From IMG/VR virus record IMGVR_UViG_3300042311_000577, positions 58,795 through 122,794 of that record: a DNA stretch of 64,000 bases. One strand, given 5' to 3'. Made by a program: the position numbers and the translations under genes. Of this stretch, positions 10,148 through 19,400 are shown piece after piece. Numbering within the stretch: position 1 is the first letter of the stretch; the number at the start of each line of letters is the position of its first letter. The DNA comes from a virus. The notes below the pieces were generated by a model that did no database searches, had not been told where the DNA came from, and saw only the letters and a list, made by a program, of their open reading frames with translations.

Positions 10148-12694
10148 TTAATCTAATTCTTCTACTATGTAACCTTGATCTATATATTCTTTTATTTTAC
10201 TTTTAGGTATGTCAAGTTCTATATAGTTATTAGTTGATCCACCTTTCTTTTGTTGTGGTAAGCCATTAGAACCTTCAAATGGATTTGCTAACATAGTTGC
10301 AGTACCAATTATACCAGTTGTTGGAATTGCTATACTATATAATTTTTTTAAATAATCTTTTAATTCTTTTTGATTATATATTTGTCTAAGTTCAGCAATA
10401 TCTTTTGGTATTTTACCTGCTCTATTTAATTCAATAACTTGATTATATGGCATATCCACTAAATCATCAATAGATATACCAGCTTCTTTAGAATATAAAA
10501 TTGCACTTATCCCTCTTTGTCTTGCCTCATCTGGACTACTATAATAGCTTATCAAATCATCATAAGCTTTATTTCCAGATTCTTTACCCCACTTAGTCCA
10601 ATTTTTTAAAGTTTCCTCATCTAAACTTAATTTTGGTAAATTTTCTAAGAGCTTTCTATTTTTATCATCATATAAAGATGTATGCCCATATTCATGTGAA
10701 ACAACATATTTAGAATCCGGTCTACTCAATCCAGTACTTGAAAAATCTATACCTAATTTTGTACCAGAAGCATCTGCACCTGCAGAATACGCCATTGCAT
10801 CACTTTCAAGAGTACCGGAATTTTTAGATTTAACATATCTAGGTTTTGTTTTATTTATAGCATTTATTAAATTATTTTGATAATTATGTGCATCCATAAA
10901 AGATAGTCCAGGTATTCCATTTTGAAGTCTTCTGTTATACTCACCAGAACTATAAAAATCTAATAGTTGTTGTTTACCTGCTTCAATGTTTGCTAATTGT
11001 TCTTGTGTTGGATTATAGGCTGAATTATATGTATCTTCTAAAGCTTTTCCATACTTATCAGGTTTTGCCTCTATAAATAATTCCCAATCTTCTTTTGATC
11101 TACCTGTTTTATTTAATATATCTTCATCAGGTAATTTTAAAATTTGTTCAAAATTTAAACTGTAACCCTTTTTACCAACATCATCTACAGAAGGAATAGC
11201 ATTAGAAACTTCAACAGGTGCTTTTGGCTCTACTTGTACTAGTGATTCTTTATTATAACCTCTTTTACCAAAATCAAAATTACCTGTCTCAAGTCTTTTA
11301 AGTTCATTAAATTGAGCTTCAGTAACCATACCATCTTGTTTTTTACCTGTCTCAATTAAACTGTTATAAAACTTTCTATCACTAATAGACATTTTTTTAC
11401 CATCATAACTATCTAATAGTTGCTTATAGTAATTCATGTTTTTCTTAACCATATTACCACTACTACCAGTAGGCATACCTAACATGAGTGGTCCAGGAGG
11501 TCTATCAAAAAATTGCTTTAATCTATTAGTTATAGATGTATTAGGAGAACCTGGTAATTCAGTTGGTACTTCTTTATATCCTTTTAACCAATGTTGTTTT
11601 AATAATCTTCCTTCAGATACAGGTACTTCAGCCATGTCTGCTATCCATGGTGTATATTCACCAGATGCATTAGCTGGTGATACAAATGGCATACCTTCTT
11701 TATTTACACCTGATGTTTCAAACATAACAGTTGGTCTACCATGTGCACCAGAACCAGTTTGTTCTAACATTGATATATCTTTACCTTCAACAAAATAAGG
11801 TCTTGGATATGTTGCTTGGTCAGCACTTTTAATAACTCCTGTATTTAATGCATCTTCTAAACCTTTATTACCAATCTGTCTATAAAATTTGTTTGGATCT
11901 TCTTTAAATGCCCACGGATTTATTTTATAAGCATTTTTTATAGCTGCTCCTGCAAATGGTGCTGTTTGTAAAACATCCATTCCTATTTGTCCTGCACCAC
12001 TCCAAGATGGATCTTTAGCAAAATCATATACATCAGGAGCTAATCTTGCTGCACCTTCCATAGCTCCTATTGCCATTCCAACCGGAGTCATGTAAGCAGC
12101 AGCTTTAAATACTGGATTATTAACTACTGCAGCATTTCCTTCTATAGCAGCTTGATTGATTGCCTCTTGATTTATTCTATCAGCCTCTTCTTTGCTAGAT
12201 GCATATATAGGTTCACCTGTAATTACATTAGTACCTTTAGCTTTACCAAAAGTTGCTGGATCAAATCCTGCATCTATAATTGATTGTCTATATGTATCTT
12301 CAGACTCCCATTTATTTCTCAGTGCTTCCTGTTGTTTTTTTTCTTTTTCTCTTGATGCTTTAGTTTTATCATCTAGTTTGGTTACTGATTGTGGTTGAAT
12401 TTTATCTAGTCTAATTAAAGCTCCTGATTCTGGATCAAATCCCCATTTACCACTATATAATCTATCTTTTATTTGATCATTGTATTCTGGAGTTATTAAA
12501 TTACGTACTTCATTATTTGTAACATGCATGTCCCAAGCAGCTACACCATCAATATATTTTTTATCATTTTTTAATGTATATAACTTAGCACATTTAGTTC
12601 CGTTCCAATAAGTTCCAGTAGGACAACTTTTTTTATCACCCCCTTTTGCAAATTTATTTAATGATGGTATACTTGTTATTCTATACTTTTTCAT
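10148..12694 (-). CDS. Multidomain probable cargo protein with C-terminal zincin-like (HExxH) domain, 848 aa
   Basis: VSHEYGH followed by YYSSPDEARQR; begins ...FAKGG and ends ...QKKGG plus a YIVEELD module. Confidence 0.65.
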   Translation of the reverse strand: MKKYRITSIPSLNKFAKGGDKKSCPTGTYWNGTKCAKLYTLKNDKKYIDGVAAWDMHVTNNEVRNLITPEYNDQIKDRLYSGKWGFDPESGALIRLDKIQPQSVTKLDDKTKASREKEKKQQEALRNKWESEDTYRQSIIDAGFDPATFGKAKGTNVITGEPIYASSKEEADRINQEAINQAAIEGNAAVVNNPVFKAAAYMTPVGMAIGAMEGAARLAPDVYDFAKDPSWSGAGQIGMDVLQTAPFAGAAIKNAYKINPWAFKEDPNKFYRQIGNKGLEDALNTGVIKSADQATYPRPYFVEGKDISMLEQTGSGAHGRPTVMFETSGVNKEGMPFVSPANASGEYTPWIADMAEVPVSEGRLLKQHWLKGYKEVPTELPGSPNTSITNRLKQFFDRPPGPLMLGMPTGSSGNMVKKNMNYYKQLLDSYDGKKMSISDRKFYNSLIETGKKQDGMVTEAQFNELKRLETGNFDFGKRGYNKESLVQVEPKAPVEVSNAIPSVDDVGKKGYSLNFEQILKLPDEDILNKTGRSKEDWELFIEAKPDKYGKALEDTYNSAYNPTQEQLANIEAGKQQLLDFYSSGEYNRRLQNGIPGLSFMDAHNYQNNLINAINKTKPRYVKSKNSGTLESDAMAYSAGADASGTKLGIDFSSTGLSRPDSKYVVSHEYGHTSLYDDKNRKLLENLPKLSLDEETLKNWTKWGKESGNKAYDDLISYYSSPDEARQRGISAILYSKEAGISIDDLVDMPYNQVIELNRAGKIPKDIAELRQIYNQKELKDYLKKLYSIAIPTTGIIGTATMLANPFEGSNGLPQQKKGGSTNNYIELDIPKSKIKEYIDQGYIVEELD

Positions 12695-12696
12695 AA

Positions 12697-15600
12697 TTAA
12701 ATTTCTTCAAATGTATAACCTAAACTTTCTAAATAGTTTTTAGTAGCTTCATCTACTTGATCACCTAATTCATAATTTACTACACCGCCCTTTTTATAAT
12801 CAGATAATAGTTCATATGGATCTCTATCTGGATTTTCTTCCCATTCAGGTGTTTGATGATTATAAGCGGCATTATTTATATTTCCTATTTTAAACCATTC
12901 AGTATAATACGGTGGTTTTTTTAGTATAGCATTATTAAAGACATAAAAAACTTCTTTATCATATAAGTTTTGTGATACCTTTTTAAAATGATTTTGCATT
13001 TCAGCAGGACTCATTAATAAGTCTATACTATTTGCAGATCTTAAATATACTGTATTTACATCACCTAATTTTCTTTTGTTAAGCATATTTGCTATATCAT
13101 AATCAAATGACATTGGTATAGATTCTACATCTAATGGTAATGCTGATTTCCCATGTTTCTTGAATGTTTTAATTTCTGATGGTATATCTGTAGCAATTAC
13201 TTTAATATTTTTCTTTTTAATATTCGGATTACTTGCAAGTTCATATGTAGATACACCAGCTAAAGCAGGATTAGAGTTTCCTAAACCTGAACCAATATCA
13301 ATAATTACAGAGTTAGCTCCTGCATGATCTGCAAAGAATAATTCAGAGTCTCTGTTTCTTTTAACATCTGTTCTATTCATTATATCCTGACCTTTCTCTG
13401 GGAATAGTCTATATTTTGTATAATCATTGAGCTGTCTATTTAGAACATCTTTATCATTAACACCCTGCCCTTGAATATTTTTATAAGGATTTTCATTTAG
13501 TGATTCAGGATTAACTAAGTTATATACAGAAGGATTATCTGAACCTTTAGTAAAGTAATTTAATGATTGACCTAAATCAGTATCTTTCCAATCTTTTAAT
13601 CTTACATTTGATTTAGGTTCTACTATAGGTAGATTTAAATTTCCAGAACTGTTCATTCTATTTTGAGCTTGAACTTTTTCAATATTCTGACCTTGTGCAA
13701 ATGTACTTGCTGCATTATTTGATATAGGTTGAGAAGATGGTTTTCTAGTTATAGATGGTGCAGGTATATTAGACTGTTCATAAATGTTACCTTTCATCAT
13801 ATTAACTAGCATAGGATTAAGATCACTTTTATTTGCTTTAGGTGCATTACTAGTTTGTACTACTGGTGCAGCAACATTATATGCTTTTGGATCAAATGAC
13901 ATTAATTCTCCTGTTATAGGATTTTTTAAACCAAAAGTTGTTTCTTTTGGTTTTTGTTTTTTTGGTGTTTCTTTTTTAGGAGTTGTTTTTTGAGGCTTTG
14001 GTCTTTCATATGTTTTTGTATTCCAAATAGCTCCTGTCATTAAATTAGAAGATGAACTAGGTTTTTCAGGGCCGGCTGCATATTTTGCAGATAATCTTTT
14101 AGTAGGTTGACTAGGTTTGCTTTGACTTTTCTTATTTGCAAATAGTTCTGGAAATCTATAAATCAAACCTTCTCTGGTACCTATCCTTTCTCTAACTAGT
14201 TGGTCTAAACTGTAACCTTTATCAACTAGATCACCAACCATTTTATTATATCTCTTATCGTCATTCTCATCTTTAGCAACAGAAGTTTTTGGTTCACCAA
14301 ATTCACCAGCTAATAATCTTTTATGTAGTTCAATGTTTTTAGTATAACTACCATCTGTTAATCCTTTCTTTTTAGCTTGAGACCATGGAGTACCTGTAAT
14401 GTTTTCCCATTGTTCAGAAATTGTACCACCTCCTGCAAATTTATTCAATGTAGATATAGCACCACCTACTTTAGAATACTGTGGTATATTCTCATCACCT
14501 TCTTGTTGAGGTTTATTTTTAGAAATATTTTGTAGCATCCAAAGAATCTCTTCATCATTGAAATCTCTTCTTAAATCATTAATTGGTTGCATTGGTTGCC
14601 AATTTTCAGAATCTCTTTCTTTGTTTATATAATTTTGAAATATTTCAGGAGTTATCTGTTCAGTAAATGGATCATATACACCTTCTTTTTTTGCAGTCAT
14701 TCTAATTTCACCAAGTCTTGCTCTAGTTTCATGAGGTGATGATACATAATCATGAGCAAAAGATTTCCAATTTTCTGGTGCTTTTTGCTTTCTAATTTTT
14801 GCATTTTTAGTATCCCAATCTACCCAGTCTTTTAATTTTGTATTAAATTCAGGATCTTCAGGATTTTCACCCATTTCAATCATTTGATTTTTCCAATACT
14901 CTTCACCTTTTGGTAAATAGTTTCCTTTTTTTTGAGCTATTTTATAATCTTCATTATCTTTCCAATTAGAACCTCTATGTGTAGTAATATACATTGAATC
15001 AGAAGGTGGTATTACTCTATTATGCCATTCTGGAGAATCTTGCGGAAATCTTGGATCTTTATATAACATCCAATCTGGATAGTTTTGTATTGTATCATTA
15101 TCATTAACATACCAACTATTTTGTGTACCAGCAGCCATGTTAACAAGTTCAGGTGTTGCATTAGACAATTTTACACCCATATTATATGCAGGATGATCAG
15201 CTTTAAATAACTCTCTTGGTCTATCTGATGAATGGATTAATTCATGTGTATATAAAGTTGGACCATATTCATATCCTCCTGGAAATACTTCAACTTGTCC
15301 TGTATCACTAAAAGACCAGGCTGCTGGTTGTATTCCATCTGACTGTTCTTCTGATTCTTTTTCCATTATGTTTAATGGAGGTAAGTCAGCTAGATTTTTC
15401 TTTCTTAAACTTGTTAAGTAGTCTGCATTTTTTTGATTACCTTGAAAACTATTTAATACCATTTGATTATACATAGGTGAATCATGCCAGTCTTTAACAA
15501 ACTGCAAACCTTCTTCATAATATTTAGGTTCATTTACCTTAGCAGTTTCAATTGCTTGTAATCTTTCTTGTTCTCTATTATATGCATCTATATCAGTTAA

Positions 15601-16425
15601 TTCTTGATCTGTAAGATCTTTAGTTGTAATAGGTTCATAATAAAGTTCTCCTGTTTCAGTTTTTGGTAAATCAAAAGGTTCTTCTGAAGGATTTAAAATT
15701 TCAATAGATTCATTTTGAGTTACTGGTTTTTCATTTTTATTTCTTCTTAATTTTTTAGATTTTTTATCTTTTGAACCACCGTCTATAAATCTATTTAAAG
15801 AAGGTATAGAAGGATCATCTATCTCTTCAACTATATAACCACCTTCAACATATTTTCTTATTTGATCTTTAGTAAGTTCTGCTTCTATAAAACCTGGAGA
15901 AACATCTTTATAATGTTCTGCAAAATAAGCAGCATCTTCATCTGAATCAAATCTCATGGCTTCATTAGATTCTGGACCATAGTCACCTAACATTAACTGA
16001 CCATTTTCATCTTGAATTTGAGGAACAGCATAGTTATCTATACTTGCCATATAGTGTGTACCTGTATTTCCATTTTCAAATTGATATGGATTATCAGGTA
16101 GGTTAATCATTCTTTTTGCAGCAGGATTTCCAAACTCATTAGCATAAGCTAGTCTAGCTTTCATCATACCAGTCATACCATCCTTTTCACCACCATTATC
16201 AAAGTACATGGATGTTGGATCATATATTTTCTTCTTGTAATTCTTTTTTTTAAGCAAAGGATTTTTTGCAAACAATCTATTTGTAGCTTGAAGATTACTA
16301 GAAAACTTTTTACTACCTCCTTTTTTCATCTGAGGCTTATCTAAGTCTGAATCTTTTTTTTTAGCTTCTGGTTCCTTCTTGCCTAAATCATTAAGTGCTT
16401 GAAGAAAAAATTTTTTATTATACAT
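12697..16425 (-). CDS. Multidomain probable cargo protein with zincin-like and SAM-methyltransferase-like segments, 1242 aa
   Basis: THELIH...YVSSPHETRAR (zincin-like); IIDIGSGLG...VIATDI (Rossmann MTase motif I/II-like). Confidence 0.65.
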   Translation of the reverse strand: MYNKKFFLQALNDLGKKEPEAKKKDSDLDKPQMKKGGSKKFSSNLQATNRLFAKNPLLKKKNYKKKIYDPTSMYFDNGGEKDGMTGMMKARLAYANEFGNPAAKRMINLPDNPYQFENGNTGTHYMASIDNYAVPQIQDENGQLMLGDYGPESNEAMRFDSDEDAAYFAEHYKDVSPGFIEAELTKDQIRKYVEGGYIVEEIDDPSIPSLNRFIDGGSKDKKSKKLRRNKNEKPVTQNESIEILNPSEEPFDLPKTETGELYYEPITTKDLTDQELTDIDAYNREQERLQAIETAKVNEPKYYEEGLQFVKDWHDSPMYNQMVLNSFQGNQKNADYLTSLRKKNLADLPPLNIMEKESEEQSDGIQPAAWSFSDTGQVEVFPGGYEYGPTLYTHELIHSSDRPRELFKADHPAYNMGVKLSNATPELVNMAAGTQNSWYVNDNDTIQNYPDWMLYKDPRFPQDSPEWHNRVIPPSDSMYITTHRGSNWKDNEDYKIAQKKGNYLPKGEEYWKNQMIEMGENPEDPEFNTKLKDWVDWDTKNAKIRKQKAPENWKSFAHDYVSSPHETRARLGEIRMTAKKEGVYDPFTEQITPEIFQNYINKERDSENWQPMQPINDLRRDFNDEEILWMLQNISKNKPQQEGDENIPQYSKVGGAISTLNKFAGGGTISEQWENITGTPWSQAKKKGLTDGSYTKNIELHKRLLAGEFGEPKTSVAKDENDDKRYNKMVGDLVDKGYSLDQLVRERIGTREGLIYRFPELFANKKSQSKPSQPTKRLSAKYAAGPEKPSSSSNLMTGAIWNTKTYERPKPQKTTPKKETPKKQKPKETTFGLKNPITGELMSFDPKAYNVAAPVVQTSNAPKANKSDLNPMLVNMMKGNIYEQSNIPAPSITRKPSSQPISNNAASTFAQGQNIEKVQAQNRMNSSGNLNLPIVEPKSNVRLKDWKDTDLGQSLNYFTKGSDNPSVYNLVNPESLNENPYKNIQGQGVNDKDVLNRQLNDYTKYRLFPEKGQDIMNRTDVKRNRDSELFFADHAGANSVIIDIGSGLGNSNPALAGVSTYELASNPNIKKKNIKVIATDIPSEIKTFKKHGKSALPLDVESIPMSFDYDIANMLNKRKLGDVNTVYLRSANSIDLLMSPAEMQNHFKKVSQNLYDKEVFYVFNNAILKKPPYYTEWFKIGNINNAAYNHQTPEWEENPDRDPYELLSDYKKGGVVNYELGDQVDEATKNYLESLGYTFEEI

Positions 16426-19400
16426 TACCTTGGGGACATTTGAGTTTTAGTATTAACAATTTTCAAGATCATATTTGTATCTCTTGAATCATTTTTTATA
16501 AGCTTGATGAAATTAATATAATGTCTAAATTTCTTTCTTTCTAATAAAGGTTTTGTATAATCTAAATTCAAAGGATTTAATATTTTTACATAACCATTAA
16601 CTGATGTGACCCATATATTTTCATCTGAATAGTTTCCTAATAACACTGTAGATTCTGGAGCTGGTAAATAAGGACCTTGTCCAGGAGGATATCCTGATCC
16701 AATTGGAAACTCACCTCTATCTTTTGTTATATCCCAGAATTGATTTATTCTGTATTTGTTTTCCTCTTTAGAGTAAAGGATGTCATAACTTGCTTGATTA
16801 GTATTTAATCTTGGAAACTGTAATGATAATGGTATGTCATTTTTAGGATAAAGATTTAAGTTAAGGTATCCGGATGCTTGTTCAGAATTAAATACTATAG
16901 CTTGATCAAAATTATAATCTAGTACATGATACTGATCCACACATATGTTACGGTCCCTTCTATATGCCTCTAAATAGTATTCTAAACTTTTAATAGTATT
17001 TACTACTTGAGCAGTTACCACCGGTAACTCAACTTCAAAAGGATATTGCACCCCATAGAAATTACAGTAATCATTACAATTAACACTATGTTTCCAAATA
17101 CTATTATCTTTTATAGTAAAGAATGATCCTTTACTTGGCACATAAAAGTTAGGATGCCAATCATGAAATGATAACCAGTACTGCATTTTTGGATCATAAC
17201 TAACTGTCCATGAAGCATCTTCAAAATATCTTTTATCACCAATCTTAGCTTTAAGAATTGTTGATACACCACCATTCTGAGTTTTAATTAAAAAGTTATC
17301 ATTTACATTATCATAAGTTACTAATCCTTTATATTCATCTTTTAATTTATAATCTTTTTTAGAAAAGTATAAAATACTATTATCATTATCATAACTTGCT
17401 GAACAACCAATACCAGCTACAGGATTATCTGTATGTGGGTATTTTGGAAAATCTTCAAGAAGTTTGAATGGTAAAAATTCACTAAACCACCATTTCATTC
17501 CTGTTTGAGATATTTCTTTTAAACCTTCAGCATATGAAAATATTTTACCTTGGTTCTGTGAGATATAAAAAAGTCCAGCCGGAGTTGATACTACACCATA
17601 TTTATTTTGTGATGAACCATACTCATATGGTTTTTCAGCAACAACAACATTTTGAGGAGGTCTTGAAAATAAGTTTTGATCACCTACGGTAACTGCAGTA
17701 CCACTTGTATCTAATTGTAAAGTATCAGTACCTTGAAAAACAAGAGGACTATCATTTTCAAATGTTATAAACATACCTGTCTTAGCAAAGTTTTTAACTG
17801 AGCTTAGAGTACTTTTAAAGTCTACTCTATTTAGAGGAAGGTATGTTAGCCATCCGTCTATAATCTGATTCTCTTGTTGTTTTAATGAATATATAATTCT
17901 ATTTGGATATGATGTATAACATAACTCTGCAACATTTGGATTATATGTTGTACCTTGTAAATAACCTTGTGTAAAGTATTGATTGAATATAAATCTTGAT
18001 GCACTTAATGAATAATCATAAGCATAAAAATTACCTCTAGCTAGTATATCAGGATTTGAATCAAACAATGATGGTAGATCTGTATACTTATATTTACTAT
18101 AAGGTCTTTGCCAAGTAAATGTACCAACATCTCTAAAATCTGTAATTACTTCAGACTCAACAAAGAAATCTCTAATACCATTTGCTGAAGTATAAAAGTA
18201 TGAATTTTTAACAGCTAAAAATCCTGGATAACCTGGAAACCACGTATTAACATTATATGCATAATTTCTATTATCCATATCATAATAACTAGATGGTACT
18301 AAACCATCTCCATAATCAGGGTTATTAGAAAACCAAGTTAGTAAATTATTTAAGGTAAAATCACTTATATCCCATGGTTGACTATTTACTTGAAACTTAG
18401 GTTCAGGAATCATTTGATTTATAAAATAATTCCATTCTGTTTCATCCGGAACATTGTAAAGCCAATCAAAAAAGAAGTTCATTATATTCTTTTCTGTAAA
18501 TCTATTTACATAAGTATCTCCTCCAAAAAATACAGGTGATGATGTAGATTTCTGTGTAAAATCATTTACTCCACATAGAGTACCATAATTTGATGTGGCA
18601 ATAGTATTTGGTCCAGTTAGCGAAATAAAATCTAATTTTTGTTCACATGGTGTAGCTACAACTTGTTGTATTTGTTCTAGTTGACCATATTGATTTTCTT
18701 TTCTATATTTAATTGCAACATAGTGACTTGCAATTTTATTTATAAAGTTTCTTCCTTTTCCTTTTTCAGTCCAACTAACTTTTCCATTTCCTGTAAAAGT
18801 ACTATTCATTGCTGCTGGATTATGCGTTCTAATAGCATAACCTAATGTCATAAGAGATTGATCAGTACTATAACCAGTAGACTCAAGTATAAAATGTGGT
18901 CCTTCAATATCACCTGAACCATCCCATTTAGTAGTTCTTAATACAACTAACTTAGGTCTTTTAATATTATTTATTCTATATTTTACCGGAAGACCTGTTG
19001 CATTATTAATATACTCAGGTAATATTTGAACTTGATCATCTACATATTGACCAGAAGCCATGACAAATCTTTTAGGTTTAGTAGCATCATGTGGATCAAA
19101 TAAATAGTATTCACCATAACCAACTTGTTCTAAAGCATACTGTCTTTTCTTAGCAATTGCATACATTACATCAACAGCAGTTTGTGTACCTTTAATAAAG
19201 TAATACCAAAGATCTCCTCCTACAACTAAAGTATTTAAAAAACCATTTATGATAGGACCAAGCATTTGCTTACCCGTATATGTTTTTTCATAAGTTGGTA
19301 ATGTAAAAGTATTAGAACCCCCAGAAAGTGTTGATTGTGCTGTTTGAAAAAAACCTGCAAGTGTATCACCTGGTGTAAATAAATCAGCTATTGGTGAGTA

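Noticed and set aside
1-16425. Virion RNA polymerase among the large cargo proteins
   Set aside because: No DxDxD catalytic motif in a plausible context in the four complete proteins. I did not fully translate the truncated ORF, and an RNAP may lie outside the window.
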